DNA of 64,000 nucleotides from contig CAWKHF010000005.1 of assembly GCA_963849325.1 (NCBI GenBank), positions 1,097,351-1,161,350 of the forward strand. Reading direction: 5' to 3'. Positions 49,948 through 60,590 of this stretch are shown here, in pieces. Within the stretch, counting starts at the first letter, position 1. Each line of letters opens with the position of its first letter. This DNA comes from an uncultured Planctomycetota bacterium (GTDB taxonomy: Bacteria > Planctomycetota > Planctomycetia > Gemmatales > Gemmataceae). Both the position numbers and the translations under genes were made by a program. The notes under the pieces are model-generated. The model was given only the letters and a program-made list of their open reading frames with translations. It did not search any database and was not told the origin of the DNA.

Positions 49948-50587
49948 ATGACCTCACCGCAACGTCGCCGGACGGACGGTTCTCGCCCCGCCGCGCGCCT
50001 GACCAAGGCCGAGCGCAAGCGTCAGCTCCTCGCCCATGCCAAACACCTGTTCGTCACCCAGGGCTATCACGCCACGACCACCGAGAAGATCGCCCAGGCC
50101 GCCGGCGTCAGCGAGCCGGTGCTGTACCGTCACTTCGACAGCAAGAAAGCCCTGTTCCTGGAAGTGCTCGAAGAGGTCCGCGCCGCCACCCTCGAACGCT
50201 GGCGCGAGGAGACAGCCGGCCTGACCGACCCCCTGGCCAAATTGCACGCCATCGCCGATATGTACCTCGGCTCGACGCGGGCGCACGCCGTCGAGTTCCG
50301 CATCATGCACCGCACCCTCGTCGAGGCCGACGACGAGGAGATCGTCGCCCTGCTGCGCTCCTTCTATCTGGACAGCGAAGGGTTGCTGACGAAGATCATC
50401 GCCGAGGGGCAGCAAGCCGGCGTCTTCCGGCGCTCGCTCGATCCGCGCCGGCGCCTGGGAGATGATCCGCACCGCCCTGGGATACACGCTGACCCTGCCG
50501 CTCGGCATCCCGCTATTCGCCGAGGAAAACTACATCCCCCAGGCCATCGACTGCCTGCTGCACTGCCTGCTGAAAACGGACGTTTAG
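49948..50587 (+). CDS. TetR/AcrR family regulator (frameshift near 50448)
   Basis: GYHATTTEKIAQAAGVSEPVLYRHFDSK; the shifted frame ends AWEMIRTALG...LLKTDV. Confidence 0.9.
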
Positions 50588-50637
50588 CCGCGACGCGCAG
50601 TGGAGCGCAGCGCTCCGCTGCGCGTCGCGGCTAAACG
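50581..50637. repeat. Long palindrome between convergent genes (family D; possible bidirectional terminator)
   Basis: CGTTTAGCCGCGACGCGCAG...CTGCGCGTCGCGGCTAAACG. Confidence 0.8.
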
Positions 50638-50644
50638 AGATTGG

Positions 50645-50965
50645 TCAGGTCGGCTCGATGATGACGGCCAATCCCTTGCTGGCGAACTGCTCGGCGTACA
50701 GCTCGGCGCGTTCGAGGTAGGTTGTCAGGACGACGGAGCGGCCACAGTGGTAGGCCTCCCACATCTTGTGCGTCGCTTCGGCGCGGGGGAAGCGGGTCAG
50801 TTCCATGACGCTGCGGACGATGAACATGAGGTCGTCGATCGCGCTCTGCAGCAGAATCACCTTGTACCGCGGCATCGCATTTTTCTTCTCGATAGGGCAT
50901 TGACGGGCACTGAACTGACTGGGACGGCGCGGCATGTCTGGACGTTCGGCGTTGGGCAGGCTCAT
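50645..50965 (-). CDS. ClpS-like adaptor protein
   Basis: PRYKVILL..., EATHKMWEAYHCGRSVVLTTYLERAELYAEQF...IIEP. Confidence 0.8.
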   Translation of the reverse strand: MSLPNAERPDMPRRPSQFSARQCPIEKKNAMPRYKVILLQSAIDDLMFIVRSVMELTRFPRAEATHKMWEAYHCGRSVVLTTYLERAELYAEQFASKGLAVIIEPT

Positions 50966-51236
50966 GAGTGGACCCCTTCTCTCGGTTGGCGAGTGTAGAG
51001 AAAGGAGCGTTGGTGCCAACACGCGGACCTCACTCCACCCCCATTATAAATCCGCGACGGGGGCATTCCCAGACGGACCTCGTGCGCCGCTGGTGAAGAG
51101 CCAGGGAAGGGAGTTCCGAATGTATCGCTTAATCCGAAAATAACGAGGTCCAATGGCAAAAGATGAGCGGCGGAAGCATGGTCTCGGCATCGAAAAAACG
51201 GTATTGGGCGTTCAGCTGCGCCGGCTCAAAAAGAAA

Positions 51237-51838
51237 GTCCACGGGCCGGCCTGTAAGCCGGGTCCTGTCCCGCGTCGAGCGCGGGGACGGTCATTTCTCT
51301 GGTCTGCCGGTTGCCCGGCAGCTTAAGCGACCTACCCGAGGGTCGTAACGGGCCGGACCAGCCCTGCCCCCTTATTTGGTCTTGCTCCCGGTGGGGTTTG
51401 CCGAGCCAGCCTGTCACCAGGCTGCTGGTGCGCTCTTACTAAAAGTCTCCGCCAACTCTGCCGCCCTTTACTGGATGTACCTGTGCAAATAGGTGCTATT
51501 GAAGTAGAGCCGGACGGTTCCCATCGGCCGCTTCCATCGTGAGAAACGCTTCCTGCCTCATCTTGGTTACATCCTCGCAAAGGGCGGCAGAGTCAACGAA
51601 GACTCGCACCTTTTCACCCTTACCTGATCCCGGCTAGAGCCGGGCCATCGGCGGTATCCTTTCTGTTGCACTTTCCCGGTCCTTCGTTCATCCCCCTCCC
51701 GATGGGAGAAGGGGAACTTCGGACGGTGGGCGTTACCCACCACCGCGTCCTGTGGAGCCCGGACTTTCCTCCCTCCGCTTCCCCGCCGAGGGGTCTCGGC
51801 GGCTTGGCGGACAGCGACCGTCCGGCCGACCCGTGGAC
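51237..51838 (-). ncRNA. rnpB: RNase P RNA (type A), about 600 nt with large insertions
   Basis: GAGGAAAGTCCGGGCTCC, GAAAGTGCAACAGAAA, AAGGGTGAAAAGGTGCG..GTAAGAGCGCACC, GGCAAACCCCACCGGGAGCAAG, ACAGGACCCGGCTTAC; P1 from GTCCACGGG/CCCGTGGAC; TATAAT at 51851-51846. Confidence 0.95.
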
Positions 51839-51902
51839 TTTCGCTATTATAGCGGACAGCGGGCAAGCGGGGGCGGTTCGGGAGAAGAGGACGAATCCGG
51901 AC

Positions 51903-52832
51903 ATGGCGGCTCACACAATTGACTGGGACGCGACTCCGCCCGACGAGTGCCGCGGCGGGGTGGTGTCCATCGGTAATTTCGACGGCGTGCATCGCGGTCA
52001 TGCCGCCCTGCTGGCCGAGCTGCGCCGCCAGGCCGAGGAGATCGGTGGGCCGGCCATCGCCTTGACGTTCGAGCCGCACCCGATCGACCTGCTCCGTCCC
52101 GGTCAGTCGCCGCCGCTGTTGACCACGGCGGAGGACCGCGCCCGATTGCTGCAAGAGTTGGGCGCCGATCACGTCCTCGTCCTGCGAATTACCCAGGAGA
52201 TGCTGGCGCTGCGGGCGGCGGAGTTCTTCGCTCGGGTGATCCAGGAACACCTGGCCGCTCGGGCGCTGGTGGAGGGCCCTAACTTCGGCTTCGGTCGCGG
52301 CCGTGAGGGTGACGTACACACGCTGGCGCGACTGTGCGAGCCGGCCGGCGTCCGATTGACGGTCGTTCCGCCGGTCATCCTTGATGGCGTCGAAGTGTCC
52401 AGCAGCCGGGTGCGCTCCGCTCTGACGGCCGGCGCCGTCCGCGAAGCCGCGGCCTTGCTGGGACGTCCCTACCGGCTGCACGGCCTCGTCGGCACCGGAC
52501 AGCGGCGCGGACAAAAACTCGGCTTCCCGACCGCCAACCTCGAACCGATGCGCACCCTCGTCCCCGGCGACGGCGTGTACGCGGTGCGCGTGCCCCACCA
52601 AGGAAAAATGTGGACGGGCGCGGCCAACGTCGGTCCGAATCCGACCTTCGGCGAAAACGCTCGCAAAGTCGAGGTCCATCTGATCGATTTCCGGGGCGAC
52701 CTCTACGGTCGTCCGCTGGCCGTGGATTTCATCGAGCGCCTGCGCGATACGCGGTCCTTCGGCAGTGCTGGGGAGTTAGTCGAACAACTCCGCCGCGATG
52801 TCGAGGGTGCCCGGTCGGCGGCGGGGCACTGA
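51903..52832 (+). CDS. ribF: Bifunctional riboflavin kinase/FAD synthetase
   Basis: IGNFDGVHRGH, TFEPHP, NFGFG, VSSSRVR, LGFPTAN, GPNPTFG, EVHL. Confidence 0.97.
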   Translation: MAAHTIDWDATPPDECRGGVVSIGNFDGVHRGHAALLAELRRQAEEIGGPAIALTFEPHPIDLLRPGQSPPLLTTAEDRARLLQELGADHVLVLRITQEMLALRAAEFFARVIQEHLAARALVEGPNFGFGRGREGDVHTLARLCEPAGVRLTVVPPVILDGVEVSSSRVRSALTAGAVREAAALLGRPYRLHGLVGTGQRRGQKLGFPTANLEPMRTLVPGDGVYAVRVPHQGKMWTGAANVGPNPTFGENARKVEVHLIDFRGDLYGRPLAVDFIERLRDTRSFGSAGELVEQLRRDVEGARSAAGH

Positions 52833-52845
52833 CAGCGAGGTGACA

Positions 52846-54553
52846 ATGACAGCGAGTGAACCGCCCGGGAACGATGCGGCGTCTCTGCCGCCGACGCGCC
52901 GCCATCTCTTGCGGCTGCTGGCTGGCCTGGGCGTCGGCTCGGCCGTGTTTCACCGTGCCCTGGCCGCCGACGCCGAGAAGGCGGCCCAGGTAACACCCGA
53001 GATGATTCGGCAGGCCGAGTGGATCTCGGGAATCACCCTCTCCGACGAGGACCGCAAGACGGTCGCCAACAGCGTCAACCACGCCTTGAAAGCGTTCGAG
53101 GCGATGCGGTCGATCAAGCTCGCCAATGAAATCCCGCCGGCGCTATCGTTCCACCCGGCGCCGTGGTTGCCGCCCTCCGGCGAACCTCTTCGCCGCAACG
53201 TCGAACCGACCGTGCAGGCGGTCCCGAAGAAACCCGACGCGGCCGAGGATCTGGCCTTCCTGCCCGTCACCGCCCTGGCGGCCCTGGTCCGCGCTCGCCA
53301 GGTATCGTCCGTCGAATTGACGAAGCTCTCTCTCGAACGGCTGCGGAAATACGATCCCGTCCTGCGCTGCGTGGTGAGTTCTACGGAAGACCTGGCCCTG
53401 AAGCAGGCGGAGCGCCGCCGACCGCGAAATCGCCGCGGGTCGCTACCGAGGGCCGTTGCACGGCATCCCCTGGGGCGCGAAAGACCTCATCGCCTATCCC
53501 GGCTACAAGACCACCTGGGGGGCGGCCCCGTTCAAGGAACAGGTGATCGACACCAAGGCGACGGTGGCCCGGCGTCTGGAGGAGGCGGGCGCAGTCCTCG
53601 TGGCCAAGCTGACGCTGGGGGCGCTGGCGATGGGTGATCGCTGGTTCGGCGGCATGACGCGCAATCCGTGGGATCCGCGAAGAGGCTCCAGCGGCTCGTC
53701 GGCCGGGCCGGCGTCGGCGACGGCCGCTGCACTGGTCGGCTTCGCCATCGGCAGCGAGACGCTGGGCAGCATCGTTTCGCCGTCGCGCGTTTGCGGCGTC
53801 ACCGGCCTGCGTCCGACCTTTGGCCGCGTCAGCCGGCACGGCTGCATGACCTTGGCGTGGAGCATGGACAAGCTCGGTCCCCTGTGTCGCTCCGTCGAGG
53901 ACTGCGCCCTCGTCTTCGCCGCCATCCACGGCTTCGACGGACTCGATCCCAGCGCGGTCGATCGTCCGTTCGCCTGGCCGCCGCGCCGCGATCTGCGCAC
54001 ATTAAAGGTCGGTTACGTTGAGAAGGCGGGTGCGGAGCGGGCCGAACTGCGCGTGCTCCGCGACCTCGGCGTCCGCCTGGTGCCGATCGAACTGCCGACG
54101 AAGTATCCGCTGGGACCGCTGACGCTGATCCTCGACACTGAGGCGGCGGCGGTCTTCGACGAGCTGACGCGCCAGGGCGTCACGGAGGGCCTCAACGCCT
54201 GGCCGCGCATCTTCCGCCAGGGCCAGTTCGTGCCGGCCGTCGAATATCTCCGCGCCAATCGCATCCGCACGCTGGTCATGCGCGAGATGGACGACGTGAT
54301 GCGGCAAGTGGATCTTTATGTCGGCGGCAATGATCTGCTGCTGACCAACCTGACGGGACACCCGACCGTCGTACTGCCCAACGGCTTCCGCAAGTCCGGC
54401 GATGTCGAATTGCCAACGTCGATCGCCTTCACGGGCCGGCTCTACGGCGAGACGGAGTTGCTGGCGGTGGCCCATGCCTACCAGCAGGCGACCGGGCATC
54501 ACCTCAAGCGACCGCCGATGGACAAGGTGACGCCGGAAGCAGAGAAGAAGTGA
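52846..54553 (+). CDS. Amidase signature enzyme with Tat-like signal (frameshift near 53415)
   Basis: TRRHLL; HGIPWGAKD, GSSGSSAG, IGSETLGSIVSP, GLRPTFGRVSR. Confidence 0.92.
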
Positions 54554-54574
54554 GCGACGGGGCCGAGGTCCCGT

Positions 54575-54923
54575 TCAACGGGATTTCGGAAGAGCTTGGC
54601 TCTCGTGCGGTAAGGGAGGATTGGACGAGGGAGGGCCGTCTGTATCCGGCCGATCCTCATCCGAGGCATGTTGAAGGGCAGACCAATCAACGGCCGCGAC
54701 CCAGCAGCGTTCGTCCTCGTTGAAGTGAACGACCCCTTCCGCGCGGAGTTCATCCGGCCGCCCTCGATCGTCGGCGTCATCCATGTAACAGGTCAGGACC
54801 AATCCTTCACGCAGTTGAATCCCCTGGCGCACTGAGATCCTCGTGCGTGCCTGCGCAGGTCAGCCGAAGCCGATTGAAGTCATCCAGGTTTTGAAAGTCG
54901 GCATATACCTTTGGAGTGCCCAT
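54575..54923 (-). CDS. Hypothetical protein (frameshift near 54830)
   Basis: MGTPKVYADFQNLDDFNRLRLTCAGTHEDL joins QGIQLREGLVLTCYMDD...WVAAVDW across two ORFs. Confidence 0.6.
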
Positions 54924-55020
54924 CGAATTGCCAAGGAATGTGGTTGGACAATAACTTTGGGGTTCATTGTACCCCCTGCGGGACAGTCCTTCCAAACTTG
55001 AGCGCGGGAATGGTTTCGTC

Positions 55021-55208
55021 TTTTTCGTTAGCCCAGCCCTTCAGGGCTGGGGATTGCAGGGGAAAGAGACGGGTTTTTCAGAGCTTTAGCCCTTGGTTGG
55101 GGCTGAGTCGAGTCAAGGGCCAAGGCCCTTCCCCAGGGGCTAAAGCCCCTGCCAGCAACCGCACACCCACCAACCTTCCCAGCCCTGAAGGGCTGGGCTA
55201 ACGAAAAA
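55021..55208. mobile_element. 188-bp MITE/REP-doublet-like element with 31-bp terminal inverted repeats
   Basis: TTTTTCGTTAGCCCAGCCCTTCAGGGCTGGG (55021-55051) and its exact reverse complement (55178-55208). Confidence 0.7.
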
Positions 55209-55262
55209 CCCCACCATCCATTACGCTATCCCAACCTGACAGAGAGGCGAAGATTTCGGGCC

Positions 55263-56480
55263 TCACCGCAAGAGACGCTGGGCCTCCTCGCTCAGTCGTA
55301 CCGTGAACTTCGTGGCGCCGCCGTGGTTGGCATGGTGGCCATCGACAAAGTCCTCGTCGTCCAGCCAGCAGGTAGCGTCGATGACCTTGACGCCATAGTG
55401 GTCGCGCAGCTCCGCCAGCAGTTGCGCCGCCGTCGTCCGGCAGGCCGGCGTGTACCAACTGCGGAACATCCGGGATTCGGGCGTCAGCACCAGCGCCACC
55501 GGAATCCGCTCCTGATGACAGCGTTCCAGCAGGTCCTTCATGGCCTGGATGGGGCCCTTGCCCGGCCGGAAGCGATTCAGCGCGAAGACGTAGCCCCGCG
55601 CCCCCGCGAGACAGATGCTCCGGTACTCCGGCCTCAGTGTCTGAGGGCAGCGGCATCCCCAGCGGTCGTGGTAGTACGGGATCAGCACCGGTTCGGGCAG
55701 CAGACCCAGCCGCTCCCGCAGCCCGAGGTTGAGCGCTTCCCGATAGGCGTGCCAGGGAGCGAGATAGGCTCCCAGCCATTCATCGGCGATACCGACAGGA
55801 TGGGCCAGGTAGGGGTACAGGCCGGCGAAGCGGTGGCGGTTCATCCACTCGGGCTTGATCCAGCCCTCCTCGGAGATGAGAGGGCTGTGCGGCTGGGTGA
55901 GCAGCGGCGGCAGGAACTCGACCAGCAGCAGGCTCGGCCGGATGCCGGCGCGGAGCATGTCGTCCAGGTAGAGGTGTTCGTGCATGGGTCCGGCGGCGGG
56001 GATGCCGAAGTTGTAGGCGAGCAACGGCCGACCCTCCGGACCAGGCAAACCCTCCAGCCGGCCGGCCTGAAAGACCATGTCCACACGCGAGCTGCCGAGC
56101 ATGACCAGCAGAGGCCGTTCCGGCTCCGTCCTCGTCTTCCGCCGCAGTTGCTTCCATTTGCTCGAGTACAGGGTCGGCACCGCGGCGTAGGGGCGCCGGC
56201 GAGCCATGATGACATCGAGGGCAAGGGCGGCGATGGCGTAGAAGACCAACGCCCATAACGAGACCGCGGCCGCGCTGCGCCGCATCCGACGCGGCCGCGC
56301 CAGCGGCGATGGCGGACGGCGAACCCTTGTCGTGGAGGCATCCGTTCGCGTCAGACCTCCCAGCAGCGCCCAGCCGATGCGCGCGGACGGCCTTCGGGAA
56401 GGCTCCGTCCGCGCCGGAGCCTCCGTCGAATCCGTGGCCGGCGGCGTCTCGATGGGGGCTGGAGAATGGAACGCGCTCAT
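55263..56480 (-). CDS. Membrane-anchored SGNH-like (AlgJ/DltD-like) protein, copy 3
   Basis: TM helix, LGSSR, YNFGIPAAGP, LLVEFLPP, FVDGHH. Confidence 0.7.
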   Translation of the reverse strand: MSAFHSPAPIETPPATDSTEAPARTEPSRRPSARIGWALLGGLTRTDASTTRVRRPPSPLARPRRMRRSAAAVSLWALVFYAIAALALDVIMARRRPYAAVPTLYSSKWKQLRRKTRTEPERPLLVMLGSSRVDMVFQAGRLEGLPGPEGRPLLAYNFGIPAAGPMHEHLYLDDMLRAGIRPSLLLVEFLPPLLTQPHSPLISEEGWIKPEWMNRHRFAGLYPYLAHPVGIADEWLGAYLAPWHAYREALNLGLRERLGLLPEPVLIPYYHDRWGCRCPQTLRPEYRSICLAGARGYVFALNRFRPGKGPIQAMKDLLERCHQERIPVALVLTPESRMFRSWYTPACRTTAAQLLAELRDHYGVKVIDATCWLDDEDFVDGHHANHGGATKFTVRLSEEAQRLLR

Positions 56481-56501
56481 CGTTTCTCGGCCTTCCTTCG
56501 T

Positions 56502-56550
56502 GCCGCTTGCGGCTTAGCGAGGCAACGACAAACGCTAAGCCGCGAGCGGC
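56502..56550. repeat. Intergenic palindrome related to family D
   Basis: GCCGCTTGCGGCTTAGCG...CGCTAAGCCGCGAGCGGC. Confidence 0.75.
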
Positions 56551-56565
56551 TTTGGCAACAGACCC

Positions 56566-57767
56566 TCACGGCAATAGCCGCTGGACCTCGGCGATCAACC
56601 GCGTCGTGAATTGCGTGGCGCCGCTGACGTCGAGATGATTGCCGTCCAGGTAGTCGTTATCGTTGTCCAGCCAGCACGTGCCGTCGATGACCGCCACGCC
56701 ATAATCGGCTTGCATCTCCGCCAGGAAGTCCTGGATCTGCCGGCGGGAATGAGGCGAATACCAACTTCGCAAGGACAGCGATTCCGGCGACAATACCAGC
56801 GCGGCGGGGATGCCCTGGCGACGGCAGTATGCCAGCAGGTCGCGCAGGGCCTGTGCCGCCCCCGTCCCGAATCGAAAGCGTTCGAGTACGGGGATGTATT
56901 GCCGGGTCGCCCGCCAGCATTGGGCGCGCGCCGCGGCCGTGATCGGCTCGGCGTGCCGCCAGCCCCAGCGGTCGCGCGGACAGGGATCCAGGGCCAGATG
57001 AGACGGAGAACCGTCCAGGGAGGCGAGTTGATCGGTCAGGAACCAGCGGTAGGTGTACCACGGGGCCACCCGCGATTCCAGCCAGGCGCGGCCGGCACGC
57101 AAACGGCGGGCGAAGTAGGGAATCATTCGGCCCAGTTGCCGGCCGCTGATCCATTCGGGAGTCGTCCAGTTCTCCTCGGAGGCCATGCGCAGGCGCGGAT
57201 CGTGGAACAGCGGCGGCGTGAACTCGATCAGCAGCAGGCGCGGACGGATGCCGTGCTCGACCATCTCGCGGAGGTAAAGGAGCTGGTGGATCGATCCGAC
57301 CGCCGGGCGCCGAAGTTGTAGGCGGCCAGCGGCCGTCCGTCCGGACCAGGCAGGCCGTCCAGTCGCCCCGCCTGGAAGTTGCCGTCGGCGCGCGAGCTGC
57401 CGAGCAGGACCACGAGCGGCCGATCCGCCTCTTCGCGCGCCAGCCGGCACAGACCTTGCCACTTGGTCCGGTACACCCTCTCCGGTGAATTCGGACACCA
57501 GTGGTCCATGACGGCGTTGAGGACGGCGGCAGCGGCGGTGTAGAAGAGCAGCGACCACAGCAGCACGGCGCGAGCGCTGCCGCGCATCCGTCGCGGCCGC
57601 GCCAGCGCGGACAGCGGACGCCGCGCCGACGCTTCAGTTCGGCCGGCCACGCCGCGCAGCGCCCAGTTCAGACGAGAGGGAGACCGGCGCGGCCGCTCTG
57701 CCGCAACCGTCACGTCCGTCGCCGTCGAGGGCGCCGGGTCGCGGTCAGCGAAAACAGGCGGGTTCAT
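56566..57767 (-). CDS. Membrane-anchored SGNH-like protein, copy 2 (frameshift near 57305)
   Basis: Paralog of 55263..56480: LARPRRMR, LGSSR, YNFG, LLIEFTPP, YLDGNH. Confidence 0.7.
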
Positions 57768-57779
57768 CGCTCATCGTCC

Positions 57780-59268
57780 TCAGAACTGGAAGTAAATGAA
57801 CGGCTTCTCGCCCATCGGCGCCAGCGCCATGCACAAGATCAACGCCAGGACATAGGTAAAGCCGATGATGGGTGCCGGCAATCGCAAGCTGAGACGGTCC
57901 CACCAGCCGCGACAGGCGGCCGCGTGGGCCAGCACGAAGCCGGCCACGATGCACGCGAACAGGCCATAACCAAAGGGATGTATGACCATCGGTCCCTCGG
58001 ACAAGACCCACAGGCGCCGATACATGGAGCGGGCCAGGGCGAACGTCGGCGCGCGGAACAGCACGAACCCCTGGTAGACGCAGAAGAACGTCAGGGCCAT
58101 GCGCAGGGCGGTGCCGGGGCGCGCTCCGCAGGAACGCTTCCAGGCGCGGGCGGGCCGTGCTGAACGAACGGAAACCGTGATTGATCGACAGCAGGACGCC
58201 GTGTAGGAAGCCCCACAAGGCGAAGTTCCAGCTCGCCCCGTGCCACAGGCCGCCGAGCGTCAGGGTGATGAGCAAGTTGCGGCAGGTCTGCCGGTTGGTG
58301 CCGCGGCTGCCGCCCAGCGGGATGAACAGATAATCGCGCAGCCAGGTGGACAGCGAGATGTGATCGCGCCGCCAGTAGTCGGCCATGCTGGTGGCCAGGT
58401 ACGGCATGTTGAAATTCATGGCCAGCTTGTAGCCGAGCAGGTGCGCCGTGCCCAGGGCCATGTCGGAATAGCCGGAGATGTCGCAGTAGACCTGCAAGGT
58501 GAAGGCGAGCAGGGCCAGCCAGTTGGCCAGCGTGCCGAACGCCTCGGGGGCGGCGAACACGGGGTCGGCGAAGGCGGCGAGTTGGTCGGCCACCAGCCAT
58601 TTCTTCATCAGACCCAGCAGGAAATACTCGGCGCCGAGCTGGAAGCGCGCCCAGCTCCAGCGCTTGCCGCGCCGAATTTGCGGCAGGAAATCCTTGGCCC
58701 GCACAATGGGACCGGCGATCAGGTGCGGGAAGAACAGCACGAAGAACAGCAGGTGCGCCGGATTGCGCTCGGCCGGCACGCGGCGGCGATAGACCTCGAC
58801 GGTGTAGTTGATGGCCTCGAAGGTGTAGAACGAGATGCCGACCGGCAGAATCACCTTGAGCATCGGCAGCGAGGCGGACACCCCGGCCGCTCGCAGTGCC
58901 TCCTGGAGCGAACCGAGGAAGAAGTTGACGTATTTGAAGTAGCACAGCAGACCGAGGTTGGCCGTCAGACTCAGGCCGAGCAGCAGACGGCGCAGCGGCG
59001 TCCGATGGCACGCTTGCAGGCCCAGGCCGAGGACGTAGTCGAGCAGCGTCGAGGCGACGATGACCAGGGCGAGTTTGCGGCTCCACGAGGCGTAAAAGTA
59101 GAAGCTGGCGGCCAGCAGCCACCAGATGCGGACCTCGTGGCCGGTGAGCGTCGCCGTTCGCCGACCCGGCAGCGGGACGTTCAGGCGCAGGCGGCGCCAG
59201 GGCACGAGCCAGTAAACGGCGAAGACGACGGCGAAGAACTGGGCGAAGTTCCACGAACAAAAGAGCAT
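57780..59268 (-). CDS. MBOAT O-acyltransferase, AlgI/DltB type (frameshift near 58115)
   Basis: LCYFKYVNFF, LPVGISFYTF, FFPHLIAGPIVR, DISGYSDMA, NFNMPY, HISLSTWLRDY, GLWHGA, PFIYFQF. Confidence 0.93.
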
Positions 59269-59396
59269 GGCACGCGCCTCGGCCCCGGGGCTTCAGGGGG
59301 AATGGGGATACGATGGGGGACCGGCCTCAAGGACGGCAGACACGAGGTGCGAGGCAAAGTGTACTCAAACGCGGGAAGCGATCAACCCCAGAAATG

Positions 59397-59496
59397 AACC
59401 ACAGATGAACACAGATAAACATGGATGAAAAATACAAAAAATGTATTCTTATCTTTATTCTACCTTATCCGTGTTTATCTGTGTTCATCTGTGGTT
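59397..59496. repeat. AT-rich 100-bp inverted-repeat element
   Basis: AACCACAGATGAACACAGATAAACATGGAT ... ATCCGTGTTTATCTGTGTTCATCTGTGGTT, abutting the stop codon of the adjacent gene. Confidence 0.8.
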
Positions 59497-60580
59497 TATT
59501 TTCTGGCGAGCCATGGCTGGAGGAACTCGCGGCCGAGGCGGAGCGTGAAGGGAGCGGCGGACGGCGGCGCCATGTGCGTCAGGTCGTGAAACCCATCGTC
59601 GCCGACCCAATCGCGCGCATCGAAGATGGGAGCGTCAAACTCCCCGCGGAGGCGGTTCAGGTAGGCGTTGACCTGCTCGTGAACCGCCGGCGTGTACCAG
59701 CTGCGCAGCAGGCTGTGCTCGGGCATCAGGATCAGCGCCGCCTTCGTGTTGTGCCGGCGGCATTCCTCCAGCAGTTCGCGCAAGGCCCGGTCGGCGGTGT
59801 CACTGATGAAGAAATGATCGAGGCGCGGCTTCGTTTCCAACATCACCTTCGGGATACGAGCGCGGAACTCTTCCGGAGTACCGTGTTCGAGCCACGGGTG
59901 CCAGCCGGTCGGCTCGCCCTCGCGCAGTCCGCGATCGATCTCTTCGCGCATCCGCTGATCGGGGGAGAGCAAGCGGGCGGCGTAATGTGCCAGGAGGTTG
60001 GAGCGCAGGCCGCTGATGGGCAGCAAGCCCTCGGCGGCGAGCTTACCCACGGCCTGGCCACGGTGCGCGAAATAGCGAAGGACGACGTGTAAATCCACCC
60101 AGCGCAGATCTTTTTGCAGAATGTGCCCTTCATCGGCCCAGTAGCCTTCCTGGGGCAAGAAGGGCGGCCAAACTTCCACGAGCAGCCAATCGGGGCGATG
60201 GCCGGCCGCGAGAAGACGGCGCAGCAGCAGCAGCTCGCGCACCGGCCCGGCGCCGAGAACGGAGAAGTTGAAGACACGCGGCTCGACTCCGGCCCTCTCC
60301 GGCCAGGGTGGCAGGGCGGGAGGGCAAATGCCGCTCAGCGTGCGCGAGCTGCCGAGGATGAGGAACAGAGGTCGATCCGGGGTCGCCGCTTGCTGGGCGC
60401 GCAGGCGCGTCAGTCGATAACCATATTCCGGGTCGCGCAACTCCGGATGCGCACGGCCGACGATGTAGGCGAGGAACGCCTGCGCCCCGACGAACGCCAG
60501 CAGTCCCGCCAGCAGGGCGATCCGGCGCGGGTATTGGCCCGAGTCTGGTAGTCCGGCGCTTGCGGGTCGGCCACGGTCAC
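59496..60580 (-). CDS. Membrane-anchored SGNH-like protein, copy 1 (frameshift near 60530)
   Basis: RDPEYG, LGSSR, FNFSVLGAGP, LLVEVWPP, FHDLTH. Confidence 0.72.
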
Positions 60581-60590
60581 GCGGAGTTCC

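Noticed and set aside
51440-51604. rnpB insert as a group I or II intron
   Set aside because: Too short, with no recognisable P/Q/R/S core or domain V.
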